A stretch of DNA of 64,000 nt from an uncultured Gemmatimonadales bacterium. Lineage in GTDB: Bacteria; Gemmatimonadota; Gemmatimonadetes; Gemmatimonadales; GWC2-71-9. The notes beneath the pieces are model-generated. The model saw nothing but the letters and a program-made list of their open reading frames with translations. It ran no database searches and was not told the DNA's origin. The stretch spans positions 96,001-160,000 of the forward strand of contig CAVSQW010000002.1 of NCBI GenBank assembly GCA_963730185.1, written 5' to 3'. Both the position numbers and the translations under genes were made by a program. This document shows positions 28,721 to 41,846 of this stretch, one piece after another (positions within the stretch are counted from its first letter, which is position 1; each line of letters begins with the position of its first letter).

Positions 28721-31648
28721 ATGTCGCGTACGTACGGGTCGGTGCGCCGGCTGGCGTGGTCGTTGGCAATCGTCGCCGGCACGCTGGCGCGAGTCCCCTC
28801 GGCCCACGCCCAGACGAGTCAGAAGGTCGACGAGGAGTACACCCGGAAGATCAAGGAGTATCTCCGCGACCCCCGGATCACGACCGAGCTGGTGGACCAC
28901 CTCCCGGCTTCGGCCACGGTCCCCTCGCCCCTCAAGTTTCTGGGGCGGATCATCGGCACCCCCGGCGAGCTGACCTACGCCCGGGACATCGAGCGGTACT
29001 TCAGAGCCCTGGACCAGGCCTCCGATCGGGTCAAGGTCTGGAGCATCGGCAAGACCGAGGAAGGCCGGGACATGATCATCGCCGCGGTCGGCGACGCGGC
29101 GGCGATCAAGGACTTGGACCGCGACAAGGCGGCGCTCCACGCGCTGACCGATCCGCGGAAGACCAGCGAGGCCCAGGCTCGCCAGCTGATCAAGACCAGC
29201 AAGCCGATCTACTGGATCACCAGCGGGATGCATTCTCCGGAGACCGGTGGCCCCGAGATGCTGATGGAGCTGGGCTACCGGCTGGCGGTGGAAGAGACGC
29301 CGTTCATCCAGCAGATCCGGAAGAACCTGATCGTCTTCATCACCCCGGTGGTGGAGGTCGACGGCCGCGAGAAGGAGGTCGACACCTACTACTTCAACAA
29401 GAAGCGGCCCGAGGGCGCCGCCCGGCTGCCGCTGATGTATTGGGGCAAGTACGTCGCCCACGACAACAACCGGGACGGGATGGGCCAGTTCCTCGCCCTG
29501 ACCCGGAACACCACCCGGGCCTTCCTGGAGTGGACTCCGACGGTCCTGCACGACCTCCACGAGGCGCAGACCTATCTCTATACCTCGACCGGGACCGGGC
29601 CCTACAACGAGGCGCTCGACCCGATCACCATCGACGAATGGTGGCTGCTGGCTCAGACCGAGGTGATGGAGATGACCAAGCGGGGCGTGCCCGGCGTCTG
29701 GACCTACGGGTTCTACGATGGCTGGACCCCGAACTATCTCTTCTTCATCGCGCACACCCACAACGCGATCGGCCGGTTCTACGAGGTGCAGAGCTACGGT
29801 CCCGACACCACCACGGTTCGGGCGGGTGCCACCACCACCAGCCGCGAGTGGTTCCGACCCAACCCGCCGCTCCCGTCGATCGCCTGGGGGCCCCGGAACA
29901 ACACCAACATCCAGGAATCGGCGCTCCTGATCGGCCTCAATCACGTGGCCAGGAACAAGGAGCTCTATCTCGAGAACTACTGGCTCAAGAACAAGCGGGC
30001 CGTGGACAAAGGGCGGAACGGCCCCGGCTACGGGTGGCTGATTCCCGCGGGCCAGCGGCGGAAGGCCGACGCGGCCGATGCGGTAAACGAGCTCCGGCGG
30101 CAGGGCCTCGAGGTTCATCGGGCCGACGCGGCCTTCAGGGCAGGCTCCCTGGAGGTCCAGGCGGGCGACTACATCGTGCGGGGTGATCAGCCGTACCGGA
30201 CCCTCGCCGACATGTACTTCTCACTCCAGAACTTTTCGGTCGCCAACCCGCGGCCCTACGACGATACCGGCTGGACCTTCCCGCTGATGCGGAACGTCGA
30301 GATCACGCCGATCACGGACAAGGGCGTCCTCGACCAGAAGATGACCCTGCTTACGGCGCCGGCCAGAGCGCCGGGCGGGATCGAGGGCAGCGGGCCGGTG
30401 GTGATCGTCGATCACACCACCGACAACAACCTGATGTCGTTCCGGTACCGGAACGCGAGCGTTGCCATGCAGGCGGCCGAGGAGGACTTCGAGGTCGAGG
30501 GACACCACTTCCGGGCCGGCGCCTTCATCGTCCCGAACGCCGACCCCCGGGCCCTCGGCGCCAGCCTGACCGATCTCGGTCTCACGGGTTATGCAGTCGC
30601 CGCGGCGCCCTCGGTCAAGACCCACGATCTGGACCTGCCCCGGATCGGGTACGTCCACAGCTGGCAGCGAACCCAGGACGAGGGGTGGGTGCGGGCCGCG
30701 CTCGATACCTACGGCGTGCCCTACACCTACTTCGCCGATCAGATGCTCCGCGAGGGCAACCTCCGGGCGAAGTACGACGTGATCATCTACCCCGACGTCG
30801 GCGGGAGCGCGACGTCGCAGGTGAACGGGATCCCGAAAGTCGGCGACCTGGCCTTGCCGTATCGCCGGACCGACGCCACGCCAAACCTCGGGGCCCTCGA
30901 TCAGAGCGACGACATCCGGGGCGGGATGGGGCTCGAGGGCCTGGCCGAGCTGGCCCGGTTCGTGGAGCAGGGTGGGACCCTGATCGTCGAAGGCTCGACC
31001 TCGACCATCTTCCCCGAGTACGGCATCACCAGCGGGGTGAACGTCGAGAATCCCGATCAGCTCTTCGCCCGGGGCTCGATCTTCCGCGGCGTCGTGAAGG
31101 ACAAGAAGAGTCCGCTGGCCTACGGATTCGAGGCCCAGGTCCCGGTCTACTTCAATCAGGATCCGGTGCTCAGCACCGGCGGCTTCGGCCGGTTCTTCGG
31201 GGGTGGCGGCAATCAGATTCCGGGCGTGGGGCAGAACACCACCCCGATGGCGTCACCGGTCCATCTGTCGCCCTGGAAGGAAGACTCCACCGCCCAGCGC
31301 GGCCGTCGGGGCGGCGGGGACGATCAGGCGGCCCAGGCGGCCCAGTTCCGCCGGCTGGCCCGGGCGTTCGGGCTCAATCTCGCCGAGGCGCGGCCCCGGG
31401 TGGTCATGGCGTTCCCGGCCAACGCCAACGACATGCTGCTCTCGGGCACGCTGTCGGGCGGCGAGGCGCTCGCCAACCGGGCCCAGCTGATCGACGAGCC
31501 GCTCGGCCAAGGGCACGTGGTGATGTTCGCGATCCGGCCGTTCTGGCGCTGGCAGAGCCAGGGCACGTTCTTCCTCGGGTTCAACGCGATCCTGAACTGG
31601 AACGACCTCGACGCGGGCAAGCCGGCCGACGACGAAGCCGGTCACTGA
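28721..31648 (+). CDS. Secreted M14 zinc carboxypeptidase with C-terminal GATase-like domain
   Basis: Signal peptide; GMHSPE (HxxE), DNNRD, DLHE. Confidence 0.88.
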   Translation: MSRTYGSVRRLAWSLAIVAGTLARVPSAHAQTSQKVDEEYTRKIKEYLRDPRITTELVDHLPASATVPSPLKFLGRIIGTPGELTYARDIERYFRALDQASDRVKVWSIGKTEEGRDMIIAAVGDAAAIKDLDRDKAALHALTDPRKTSEAQARQLIKTSKPIYWITSGMHSPETGGPEMLMELGYRLAVEETPFIQQIRKNLIVFITPVVEVDGREKEVDTYYFNKKRPEGAARLPLMYWGKYVAHDNNRDGMGQFLALTRNTTRAFLEWTPTVLHDLHEAQTYLYTSTGTGPYNEALDPITIDEWWLLAQTEVMEMTKRGVPGVWTYGFYDGWTPNYLFFIAHTHNAIGRFYEVQSYGPDTTTVRAGATTTSREWFRPNPPLPSIAWGPRNNTNIQESALLIGLNHVARNKELYLENYWLKNKRAVDKGRNGPGYGWLIPAGQRRKADAADAVNELRRQGLEVHRADAAFRAGSLEVQAGDYIVRGDQPYRTLADMYFSLQNFSVANPRPYDDTGWTFPLMRNVEITPITDKGVLDQKMTLLTAPARAPGGIEGSGPVVIVDHTTDNNLMSFRYRNASVAMQAAEEDFEVEGHHFRAGAFIVPNADPRALGASLTDLGLTGYAVAAAPSVKTHDLDLPRIGYVHSWQRTQDEGWVRAALDTYGVPYTYFADQMLREGNLRAKYDVIIYPDVGGSATSQVNGIPKVGDLALPYRRTDATPNLGALDQSDDIRGGMGLEGLAELARFVEQGGTLIVEGSTSTIFPEYGITSGVNVENPDQLFARGSIFRGVVKDKKSPLAYGFEAQVPVYFNQDPVLSTGGFGRFFGGGGNQIPGVGQNTTPMASPVHLSPWKEDSTAQRGRRGGGDDQAAQAAQFRRLARAFGLNLAEARPRVVMAFPANANDMLLSGTLSGGEALANRAQLIDEPLGQGHVVMFAIRPFWRWQSQGTFFLGFNAILNWNDLDAGKPADDEAGH

Positions 31649-31653
31649 GCGAA

Positions 31654-32403
31654 TCAGCTCAGCCGCTTGGCCTCGTCCCAGAGCCGGTCGAGCTGCTCGA
31701 GGCCGGCCTCGTGGAGGTCGACGTCGCGCTCGTCGGCGAGGCGCTCGACGGTCTCGAACCGCTCCTGGAACCGCCGGTTGGCGCGTTCCAGGGCGGGCCC
31801 GGGCGGGACCCCGGCCTTCCGGGCGAGGTTCACGACCGAGAAGAGGAGGTCGCCGACCTCGTGCTCCAGGGCGACCCGATCGGGTCGCTTCCGGGCCAGC
31901 TCCTCCTCGACCTCGGCCAACTCCTCCCGCACCTTGTCGGCCGGGCCGCGGGTGTCGGGCCAGTCGAAGCCCACCGCCGCCGCCCGCTCCTGCAGTCGGC
32001 ACGCCATCAGCAGGTCGGGGAGAGACGGCGGTAACCCGGAGAGCACCCCCCGGGCGCCTTCCCGTCGCTTGATCTTCTCCCAGGGCTCGGGGGGGCCCAA
32101 GTCGAACAGGTGGGGGTGGCGGCGCTTCATCTTGGTCTCGAGGTCGGCCGCGGCGTCGTCGGGCGAGAACTCGCCGAGCTCCTCCGCCAGCACCAGCTGC
32201 CAGGCGAGGTGGAGCAGGAGATCGCCCACTTCGCGACGGATCTCCGCGGGGTCGCCCTGACCCAGCGCGTGGTCGAGCTCGTGGACTTCTTCGAGGAGAT
32301 AGGGCCGGAGCGTCTCGCGGGTCTGGACCCGATCCCAGGGGCACCGCTCGCGGAGGTCGCTCACCATCCGCATGGCGCGTCCAAGCGCTGATTTTTCTTG
32401 CAT
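31654..32403 (-). CDS. mazG: Nucleoside triphosphate pyrophosphohydrolase
   Basis: CPWDRVQT, LLEEVHE, EVGDLL twice, RRHPHLF, GFDW; GGAGG RBS and TAGAAT -10. Confidence 0.95.
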   Translation of the reverse strand: MQEKSALGRAMRMVSDLRERCPWDRVQTRETLRPYLLEEVHELDHALGQGDPAEIRREVGDLLLHLAWQLVLAEELGEFSPDDAAADLETKMKRRHPHLFDLGPPEPWEKIKRREGARGVLSGLPPSLPDLLMACRLQERAAAVGFDWPDTRGPADKVREELAEVEEELARKRPDRVALEHEVGDLLFSVVNLARKAGVPPGPALERANRRFQERFETVERLADERDVDLHEAGLEQLDRLWDEAKRLS

Positions 32404-32477
32404 TTAGCCTCCGAGGCGCCTTATTCTATCCGCGATCGGCCGGTCTGGGGAAGTCGATCCGGATCGGCCCCGACGCG

Positions 32478-33626
32478 GTGGACGGCGACGCGGAGCCGGG
32501 AGGTCGGTTGAGCGGCAAGGTGGAGCGCGAGAGCGAGCGGCCGCGGGGGCCGGCGACCGACGGCGAGCGGCAGGGCCCCTGGGTCGAGGTGGACCTCGGG
32601 GCGGTGCAGCGCAATGCCCGGACCTACGGGTCGCGGGTGGGGGTGCGGCTCCTGCCGATGGTCAAGGCCAACGGTTACGGACTGGGGGCGGTGCCGGTTG
32701 CGCGGGCGTTGGAGGCGCTTGGCCCGTGGGGCTTCGGGGTCGCGACCCTGGCGGAGGCCGCGGCTCTCCGGGCGGCCGGGGTGACCCGGCCGGTGGTGAC
32801 CTTCCTGCCGCTGGTGCTGGACGACCTGGACCGGTACGCCGCTCTCGACGTCCGCCCCACCATCGGTGATCCGACCGCCCTGGCCGGGTGGATCGCTGCC
32901 GGCCCCCGGCCCTTTCACCTGGCCATCGACACCGGGATGGGACGGAGCGGGCTCCGGTGGCACGACCGGGAGGCGATGGTCCGGGCCCGCTCGTTGCTGG
33001 CGGACGCGACGGGTTACGAAGGCGCCTGCACCCACTTCCACAGCGCCGACGGCGCGATCGAGGTGGTGGAGCAGCAGTGGATCCGATTTCAGGAGGCGCT
33101 GGCCGGGCTCGGCGGGCGGCCGCCTCTGGTCCACGCGGCCAACAGCGCGGGTGGCGCGTGGGGCACCCGGTACGCCGGCAACCTGGCTCGGCCCGGGATC
33201 GTGCTCTACGGCGGTCGGGCCGGATCGCTCGAGCCGGAGCCGGTGGCCCGGCTCGAGGCCCGGGTGGTGGCGGTCCGCCCGATCCGCCGGGGCGATCCGG
33301 TGAGCTACGGCGCGACCTTCCGCGCCTCGACCGACGGTGAGGTGGTGACCCTCGGCGTTGGGTACGCGGACGGCCTGCCGCGATCGCTGAGCGGAGGTGG
33401 ACGGGTCCGGCTGGCCGGCGAGGTGTATCCGATCACCGGGCGGGTGACGATGGACATGACCATGGCGGTCCTGCCCGCGGGCCGGGTCCGGCCGGGCGAT
33501 CGGGCGGAGCTGTTCGGGCCGGGGCTGGCGATCGACCAGCAGGCCGAGGCCGCCGGGACGATCGCCTACGAGCTGCTGGCCGGGCTCGGGCCCCGGGTGC
33601 AACGACACTATCGAGGAGCGACATGA
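32478..33626 (+). CDS. alr: Alanine racemase (start uncertain)
   Basis: MVKANGYGLG, DTGMGRSG, HAANS, RPGI, GYADG, GRVTMD. Confidence 0.95.
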   Translation: MDGDAEPGGRLSGKVERESERPRGPATDGERQGPWVEVDLGAVQRNARTYGSRVGVRLLPMVKANGYGLGAVPVARALEALGPWGFGVATLAEAAALRAAGVTRPVVTFLPLVLDDLDRYAALDVRPTIGDPTALAGWIAAGPRPFHLAIDTGMGRSGLRWHDREAMVRARSLLADATGYEGACTHFHSADGAIEVVEQQWIRFQEALAGLGGRPPLVHAANSAGGAWGTRYAGNLARPGIVLYGGRAGSLEPEPVARLEARVVAVRPIRRGDPVSYGATFRASTDGEVVTLGVGYADGLPRSLSGGGRVRLAGEVYPITGRVTMDMTMAVLPAGRVRPGDRAELFGPGLAIDQQAEAAGTIAYELLAGLGPRVQRHYRGAT

Positions 33627-33883
33627 ATCAGCATTTCGCGACGCTGGTGCTGGGTCTGGCCCATCAGGCCCAGGCCGCGATCGAAGGCCAGATGCCGCCG
33701 GGGGCGGAAGGGATCGAGGGCGCGTCGGCCCGGCAGTTCGCCCAGACCCTGATCGATACCCTGGCGATGCTCGAGGCCAAGACGGAGGGCCATCTCGATC
33801 CCGACGAAACCAAGCTGCTGACCGAGGTGCTCACCGGGCTTCGCTTCCGATTCGTGCAGACGGGTGGCGCGGGGGCGGCGTGA
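33623..33883 (+). CDS. DUF1844 family protein
   Basis: FATLVLGL..IDTLAMLEAKTEGHL..E..LL..L..LRFRFV. Confidence 0.8.
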   Translation: MNQHFATLVLGLAHQAQAAIEGQMPPGAEGIEGASARQFAQTLIDTLAMLEAKTEGHLDPDETKLLTEVLTGLRFRFVQTGGAGAA

Positions 33884-35058
33884 GCCGGCGGGCGGCGTTG
33901 ATCGTGCTGGACGGCCTCGGGATCGGTCGGGCCCACGATCAGGACCGCTACGGCGACGAGGGAAGCGACACGCTGGGGAACGTGCTCGCCCGGGCGCCGG
34001 CCGGAGGGGCGTACTCCCTGCCGAATCTCACGGCCCTGGGGCTGGGCTGCTGCGCCCCGCTCCCGGCGGTGCCGGCCGTCGCCTCGCCGGGGGCGGCGTA
34101 CGGGACCGCCCAGCCGGCCAGCGCGGGGAAGGACAGCACCACCGGCCATTGGGAGCTCACCGGTCTCGTGCTCGAGCGGCCGTTTCCGACCTTTCCGCAC
34201 GGGTTCCCGCCGGAGCTGGTCGAGGCCTTCGCTCGGCGGACCGGCCGGGGCGTGTTGGGCAACCGGGCGGCGTCCGGGACGGCCATCCTGGACGCGCTCG
34301 GGGCGGAGCACCAGCGAACCGGCCAGTGGATCGTGTACACCTCGGCCGACAGCGTGTTCCAAGTGGCGGCGCACGAGGACACGGTCCCGGTCGCCGAGCT
34401 CTACCGGGGGTGCGAGGTGGCGCGGGAGCTCTGCACCGGGCCCTGGGGGGTGTCGCGGGTGATCGCCCGGCCGTTCGTCGGCACGCCGGGCGACTGGCGG
34501 CGGACTCCCCTCCGCAAGGATTTTTCCCTCCCGCCGCCGGCTGAGACGTTGCTGGACCTGCTGGCCGCTCAGGGCATCCCGCGGGTCGGGGTCGGGAAGG
34601 TGGACGACCTTTTCGCCGGCCGGGGCATCTCCTCTACGCACACGCCGACCAACGCCGAGGCCTACCGGCTGATCGGCGCGGGACTTCGGGACCTGGAGCG
34701 GGGTTTTCTCTTCGCCAACGTGATCGAATTCGATCAGACCTGGGGACATCGGAACGACGTCCCGGGCTTCCTGGGCGGGCTCCGGGAGCTGGACACCGCC
34801 CTGCCTGACCTCCTGGGCCGCCTGCAAGCGGATGATCTGGTTATCTTTACGGCGGATCACGGCAACGATCCGACCACCCCGTCGACGGATCACTCGCGGG
34901 AGCGGGTTCCGGTGCTCGTGTCCGGTCCCCAGGTGCGTCCGGTGTCGCTGGGAGAGCGGGCCTCGTTCGCGGATCTGGGACAGACGATAGCCGAGTTCCT
35001 GGGCGTGGGGCCGCTCCCGGCGGGTCGATCGTTCCTCGGGGAGGTATGGAATGGCTGA
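33880..35058 (+). CDS. deoB: Phosphopentomutase
   Basis: [48 protein letters not shown]. Confidence 0.96.
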   Translation: MSRRAALIVLDGLGIGRAHDQDRYGDEGSDTLGNVLARAPAGGAYSLPNLTALGLGCCAPLPAVPAVASPGAAYGTAQPASAGKDSTTGHWELTGLVLERPFPTFPHGFPPELVEAFARRTGRGVLGNRAASGTAILDALGAEHQRTGQWIVYTSADSVFQVAAHEDTVPVAELYRGCEVARELCTGPWGVSRVIARPFVGTPGDWRRTPLRKDFSLPPPAETLLDLLAAQGIPRVGVGKVDDLFAGRGISSTHTPTNAEAYRLIGAGLRDLERGFLFANVIEFDQTWGHRNDVPGFLGGLRELDTALPDLLGRLQADDLVIFTADHGNDPTTPSTDHSRERVPVLVSGPQVRPVSLGERASFADLGQTIAEFLGVGPLPAGRSFLGEVWNG

Positions 35059-35437
35059 TCCGCTGGTCGAGGCGGCCCGTCGCGTTCAGGCGGCGGCGTA
35101 CGCGCCCTATTCGGGGTTCCAGGTGGGCGCCGCGTTGGAGGCTGAGTCCGGCGAGGTCTTCGTCGGGTGCAACGTGGAGAATGCGTCGTACGGTCTGACC
35201 ATCTGCGCCGAACGGAGCGCGGTGGTGCAGGCGGTCGGGGCGGGGCACCGGCGGTTCCGTCGGTTGGTCGTGGTGTCGAACGTCGATCCGGCGGCGGCGC
35301 CGTGTGGGGCGTGCCGTCAGGTCCTGGCCGAGTTCGGGCCTGAGCTGGTGGTGGAAGCGGTGGGGCCCGACTCGCGACGGTGGTGGCGGATCGCGGAGCT
35401 CCTGCCGGACGCGTTTTCGAGGGAGTCGTTGGCGTGA
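35051..35437 (+). CDS. cdd: Cytidine deaminase (homotetrameric type)
   Basis: [27 protein letters not shown]. Confidence 0.96.
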   Translation: MADPLVEAARRVQAAAYAPYSGFQVGAALEAESGEVFVGCNVENASYGLTICAERSAVVQAVGAGHRRFRRLVVVSNVDPAAAPCGACRQVLAEFGPELVVEAVGPDSRRWWRIAELLPDAFSRESLA

Positions 35438-36663
35438 GGAAACTTCGCTGGGCGTTGATCGCGTTAGGGGCGGTGCTGGCGGGCTGCCAGGAGAAGCTGG
35501 CGACTCCCGGCGACTGTCCGGCGCTCTGCCCGGATACCCAGATTCAGGTCCTCGACACCGCGATCGTGGCGTTGCCGGACCAGGACTCCACCTTCTTCGG
35601 CTACACGCCGCGGGCGAGTCGCGGGGCGCTCCTGGTCTCGAACGGCCTCGCGGCGGGTGAGTTCCGCTCGTTCGTCCGCTTCCCGAGTCAGCGGAGCGAC
35701 TCGATCCTGGTCGATGGGACCTACTACGCGCTGGCCGTCGACACGGTCTCGGTGTCGTTCACGCTGCGGGCCCGGGACAGCACCGCGACCGGCTTGACGG
35801 TCTACCTCCACCGGGTGCCGCTCACGGTCGACACCACGCTCGATTTCGCGGGGCTCGACGGGTTGCTGACCCCGGGGTCGATTGTCGACAGCATCCAGGT
35901 GCCCGACACGCTCCACACCGGCGTCATCGAGGCGCTTTTCACCGGCAGCGACATCGACAAGCTGGCGGTGCCGCCGGAGGACAGCGGGAAGATCGCCTTC
36001 GGGCTCACGGTTCGGGCGTCGAAGCCGACCGGGGTGCAACTGGCGCTCGACTTCACCGGGAGCACCGCCGCCCCGCAGTATCAGAGCCGCGGATCGATCG
36101 ACATCGCCGACACCACCAAGACCCGTCAGACCACGGCGGTCCATCCGGCCTCGGCGGACGCGGCCGGGTACGTGCTCAATGACGATCGTTCGGTCGCACC
36201 TGATCCGGACCTGCTGTACTCCGGCGGTCCTGGGGCGGCGCGAACGATCGTCCGGTTCGCACTCCCGAACATCATCAAGGACACGGCGCAGATTCTGCGC
36301 GCCACGCTCGAGCTCACCCCGGCCGCGCCGCTGGCCGGACTTCCCAACAATCCCCTGGGCGACAGTCTCGGCGTGAGTGGCGTGATCGCCGACCTCGGCG
36401 CCAAGTCGCCCCGGCTGGTGACGCAGGGGCTGGTGCTGTTCGGGGCCCTGGCGGAGAGTTCGGCCGATACGGTCTCGATCGACATCACCCGCCTGGTGGC
36501 GCAGTGGCAGAGCCCGACGGGGCCGCCGTCGGCCATCATCCTCGGGCAGAACTCCGAGGGGCAGTCGTTCATGCAGCCGGTCTTCTACTCCACCCGCTCG
36601 GCCGCCGGGGCGCCACGGCTGATCATCGTCTACGCCTTGCCGTCGCGGCCGGGGAACCCATGA
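35434..36663 (+). CDS. Beta-rich lipoprotein of unknown function
   Basis: Lipobox VLAGC after a basic/hydrophobic leader; Thr/Asp-rich beta strands. Confidence 0.75.
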   Translation: MRKLRWALIALGAVLAGCQEKLATPGDCPALCPDTQIQVLDTAIVALPDQDSTFFGYTPRASRGALLVSNGLAAGEFRSFVRFPSQRSDSILVDGTYYALAVDTVSVSFTLRARDSTATGLTVYLHRVPLTVDTTLDFAGLDGLLTPGSIVDSIQVPDTLHTGVIEALFTGSDIDKLAVPPEDSGKIAFGLTVRASKPTGVQLALDFTGSTAAPQYQSRGSIDIADTTKTRQTTAVHPASADAAGYVLNDDRSVAPDPDLLYSGGPGAARTIVRFALPNIIKDTAQILRATLELTPAAPLAGLPNNPLGDSLGVSGVIADLGAKSPRLVTQGLVLFGALAESSADTVSIDITRLVAQWQSPTGPPSAIILGQNSEGQSFMQPVFYSTRSAAGAPRLIIVYALPSRPGNP

Positions 36664-37804
36664 TCCGTCGATCCTCCTGGCTGGTCGCCCTGGTGCTTTG
36701 GGCGGGGCCCGCGGCGCTCGCGGCGCAGTCGTCGCAGTTCGGGGTCCGGGGGCTCGGGCTCCCGATCCGGCCGCAGTCGCCGCGGGCCACCGGGACCGGC
36801 GGCGCCTTTGGGCTCTTCGACACCGAGTCGAGCATCAATCCGGCGCTCTCGGCCTCGATGCTCAACTTCACGGCGCTCCTGACCAGCACGCAGAACTTCC
36901 GGAGCTCGACCAACCCGTTCGGCACGGCGTCGGGCCGGGACAACCGGTTCCCCCAGATGCAGGTGGCGGGGCCGATCGGCGGCACCCGGCTGGGCCTCGC
37001 GCTCAGCGTCTCCGGCTACACCGACCGGAGCTTTTCCTTGGGCACCCAGGACACGGTCGATCTCCGGGGCGAACGGATCGGGGTGTACGACACCCTCACT
37101 TCCCGGGGCGGGATCAGCGACATCCAGGCGGCGCTCGGGTGGCGGGTCAGCAAGACGCTGGCGATCGGGATTGGCCTCCACGCGCTGCCGGGCTCGAACC
37201 GGGTCGAGAATCATCGAGCGTTCGCCGACTCCTCGTTCTCGGTGGCGGTCGAGCGGGCCGACCTGTCGTATCTCGGCTTCGGCGTCTCGGCCGGCTTCCT
37301 CTTCCGGGTCGTGCCCCGGCTCACGCTCGCCGGGACCTTCCGGACCGACACCCACACCTCGGTGGAACGCGACAGCACCCGGCTGGGCACCGTCGACTTG
37401 CCGACCCAGATCAGCGCCGGGCTTCGGTGGCAGACGTCGCTCCGCTCGGCGATGGCGGTGTCGTACGCGCGGCGGTCCTGGAGCGCGGCCGATGCGGGGC
37501 TCAAGGCCTTGGGCGGGATCGGCGCCGAGGACACCTACGAGGTCGCGGCGGGGATGGAGTTTCTGAAGGACCTGAAGAACCCCGGCCACAAGCCGCTTCG
37601 TTTCGGGGGGCACTACGCCACCCTTCCGTTCCCGGTGGTGACCGGCCGGCAGGCGCACGAGTTCGGCTTGGCGTTGGGCACCGGGCTCAGATTCACCGGT
37701 GGCCGAGGCGGGCTCGACCTTTCGCTGGAGCAGCTCTGGCGGTCTGACGGCCAGTCGTACACCGAGCGGGCCACGGTCATCTCGCTCGGCGTGAGCCTCC
37801 GGCC

Positions 37805-37808
<4 letters not shown>
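36660..37808 (+). CDS. Outer-membrane beta-barrel (OmpP1/FadL/PorV-like)
   Basis: Signal peptide, SPRATGTGGA..INPAL N-terminal plug-like motif, alternating beta strands, terminal strand VISLGVSLRP. Confidence 0.7.
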
Positions 37809-39114
<1,306 letters not shown>

Positions 39115-39118
<4 letters not shown>

Positions 39119-39402
39119 AGCTCAAAAATGCGGTCGAAGATCACGTCACCGAGGCGTACGGTACCCTGCGCTCGCACTTTCCGGCCTTTTGCGGCTGCGA
39201 CATGTGCCGGGCCGACGTGATCGTCTACGCCCTCAATCGACTGCCGCCCAAGTACGTGGCAACGCTGGAGGGCTCGATCGTTACGGAGGTCAACCTCGAC
39301 AAGCATCAGGGGCGTGCCTCCATCGAGGTGGCGGTGATGGAGGGCTTCAAGCGGGTGACCATGTCGCCCCGGTGTGGGAAGCAGGCGTCCGCCCCGACCT
39401 GA
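39115..39402 (+). CDS. comFB: Late competence development ComFB family protein
   Basis: KNAVED..CGCDMCRADVIVYALNRLPPKY..V..SPRC. Confidence 0.85.
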
Positions 39403-39425
39403 GTCGCGGTTCGCGCGCCGTCGCC

Positions 39426-39462
39426 GAGGCCGGCTCCTTCGCGGAGCCGGCCTCTCGTTTTT
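39426..39462 (+). terminator. Rho-independent terminator after comFB
   Basis: GAGGCCGGCTCC-TTCGC-GGAGCCGGCCTC 12-bp stem followed by TCGTTTTT. Confidence 0.75.
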
Positions 39463-39495
39463 CGCGGAATCGTGGCCCCTTGAGCGTGCGAATGG

Positions 39496-41811
39496 TTGCA
39501 TTCCGCGCTGCGCGGTTCGGCAGCTTCGGGGATGCCGCCTCCCGCGACAACGTGGGCCTCTCGCTCCGCCCGCCGTCCGCCGCCCGCCCTCGTTGCCGTG
39601 GGGTTGTTCGGGAGCGGTCTGGCCCTCGGGTTGAGCGGCGCGGGTGGCTGGCTGGCCGTGGCGGTGCTAGCCGCCGGGGGGCTCGCCCGCTGGCGCCGGG
39701 TTCCGGGTGGCGTGATCGCGGCCCTGGTGCTGGTGGCCGGATGGTCGCACGGGAGAATGGCGCAGGCCGTCGACCGAACCCGTTGCGCGGCGCGTCTTCC
39801 AGCGGGGAGCGTCCGGCTTCGGGTCCGCGTGATGGAGCCCACGATCGCCGGTGCTCCGGCTCGGGTCCGGCCGCTGGCGGGGCGTTGCCGGGGGACCGTG
39901 GCCGCCCGGTTCCGGGCCAACGACCTGATCCTGGCGGGAGACGAGCTCGAGCTCGAGGGGCGCTGGCTTCCGGCCGCGCGGCCATTGAGCGCCGCCCGGG
40001 GCACGCTGGCGGTGCGCCGGTGGGAGCGGGTCGGCCGGCGTCCTGGGCTCGCGGCGCGGCTCCGGAACGAGCTCTTCGCGTCCTCGCGGCGGTTGTTCGG
40101 CACCCGGGCGGGGATGGTCGACGCGCTGGTGCTCGGCCGTCGGGGCTGGATCGATCCGGCGCTGACCGCCTCGTTCGCTCGGGCCGGCCTGGTGCACTTG
40201 TTGGCCATCAGCGGGTTTCACGTCGGGCTCATTGCCGCCTGGGCCATGATCCTGGTCGGGATCGTAGGGGTGCCCCGTCGAACCGCCCGGCTGGCCGCGC
40301 TGGGGGTGATCGTCGGGTACGTCGGGTTCATCGGGGTGCCGGCGCCTGCGCTTCGAGCGGCGACAATCGCGGTGCTCGCGACCGGCGAAACCATCCGGCA
40401 ACGAAAGCCCCGCACCTCAGCGCTCTTCGCCGTGACGGCGCTGGTCCTGGTGGCGATCGACCCCTGGGCCGTGGCCGACCTCGGCGCCTGGCTCTCGGTT
40501 ACGGCGCTCTCGGGCGCGACGGCCCTGAGTCGCTGGGCGGCGTCGGCGCTCGGCCGGCGGGGCGTGTGGCAGCTCGTGTTCGGCTCCCTCGGCGCGACGG
40601 TCGCGACCGCACCGGTCGCGGCCTACGCCCTCGGCGTGGTGGCGCTGATCGGGATCCCTCTCAACCTCCTCGCGATTCCGATGGCCGCGCTGGCGGTGCC
40701 GGGGGTTCTGGGTGCGCTGGTGCTGGCCCCGCTGTGGGGCCTCGCTGCCACCGGCCTCGCCGCGGGGAGCGGCGCGCTGCTCGGGGGTCTTCAATGGCTG
40801 GCTGAGCGCGGCGGGGCAGTCCCCGGTGGCGCCCTGACGTTCGATCCGGGGCTCGGACCAGCCTTGGTGGCGGTGGGCGCCCTGGTGGCGGTCGGGTGGA
40901 TCGTAGGACGCCGCAACACCAGGGCGGAGGCCGCCCGACGGGCCGGCTGGGTGGTGGCGATCCTGCTGGGCTTCGACCTCGCGGCGAGCCCGTCGCTTCG
41001 GTCTGACGTCGGGTCCCGGCTCACGTTACATTTTCTCTCCGTCGGCCAGGGCGACGCGGTGGCGATCCGGACACCGCACGGGCACTGGATGCTCGTGGAC
41101 GCGGGGCCGCGGAGCGCCGATCGGGATGCCGGGCGTCGGGTCGTCGCTCCCTTCTTGATCCGCCACGGCGTGACGGCGCTCGATGCCCTGATCCTTTCGC
41201 ACGCCCATCTGGATCACTTCGGCGGCGCCCCCGCGGTCCTGCGAAGGATTCCAGTCGGGGTGGTGATGGAGCCGGGGATTCCGACGCCGGATCCCGCCTA
41301 TCGGGACTTTCTGGACGCGGTCGACGCGTCCGGCGCCCGGTGGACGGTCCTCCGAACCGGCACGACGCTCGCGGTGGACGGGGTCGAGTTTCGGGTGCTG
41401 CATCCCGACACCACCTGGTCTGGCTGGGGCACGGATTTGAACGAGAGCTCGATCGTGCTCCGGATCCGGACCGGCCGGTTCGAGGCGCTCTTGGGGGGAG
41501 ATGCCGGCTTCCCGGTCGAGGCGCGGCTTCACGGGCAGGTCGGCGATGTGGATCTGCTCAAGGTGGGGCATCACGGGTCGGCCACGGCGACCAGCGTCGG
41601 GTGGCTGGCCGAGCTCCGGCCCGAGGTGGCGGTGGTGAGCACCGGGCCCAATCGGTACGGCCATCCGTCGCCGGCCACGCTCGAACGGCTGCGTGAGGCG
41701 GGGGTCGAGGTCTGGCGCACCGACCGGGACGGCACGGTCAGCGTCATGGTGGACGATACGATGATGCGAGTGCGGAGCCGGCGGGGCGAAGTGGCCTTGC
41801 CGCTCCACTGA
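39496..41811 (+). CDS. comEC: DNA internalisation competence protein ComEC/Rec2 (start may be ATG 39532)
   Basis: [44 protein letters not shown]. Confidence 0.93.
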   Translation: MHSALRGSAASGMPPPATTWASRSARRPPPALVAVGLFGSGLALGLSGAGGWLAVAVLAAGGLARWRRVPGGVIAALVLVAGWSHGRMAQAVDRTRCAARLPAGSVRLRVRVMEPTIAGAPARVRPLAGRCRGTVAARFRANDLILAGDELELEGRWLPAARPLSAARGTLAVRRWERVGRRPGLAARLRNELFASSRRLFGTRAGMVDALVLGRRGWIDPALTASFARAGLVHLLAISGFHVGLIAAWAMILVGIVGVPRRTARLAALGVIVGYVGFIGVPAPALRAATIAVLATGETIRQRKPRTSALFAVTALVLVAIDPWAVADLGAWLSVTALSGATALSRWAASALGRRGVWQLVFGSLGATVATAPVAAYALGVVALIGIPLNLLAIPMAALAVPGVLGALVLAPLWGLAATGLAAGSGALLGGLQWLAERGGAVPGGALTFDPGLGPALVAVGALVAVGWIVGRRNTRAEAARRAGWVVAILLGFDLAASPSLRSDVGSRLTLHFLSVGQGDAVAIRTPHGHWMLVDAGPRSADRDAGRRVVAPFLIRHGVTALDALILSHAHLDHFGGAPAVLRRIPVGVVMEPGIPTPDPAYRDFLDAVDASGARWTVLRTGTTLAVDGVEFRVLHPDTTWSGWGTDLNESSIVLRIRTGRFEALLGGDAGFPVEARLHGQVGDVDLLKVGHHGSATATSVGWLAELRPEVAVVSTGPNRYGHPSPATLERLREAGVEVWRTDRDGTVSVMVDDTMMRVRSRRGEVALPLH

Positions 41812-41846
41812 GGATCACATCTCAACCCGAGCGAGCCGAGCCACCC

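Noticed and set aside
31654..32403. MazG as part of a toxin-antitoxin or anti-phage system
   Set aside because: It is the two-domain housekeeping MazG with no adjacent mazEF or defence genes.
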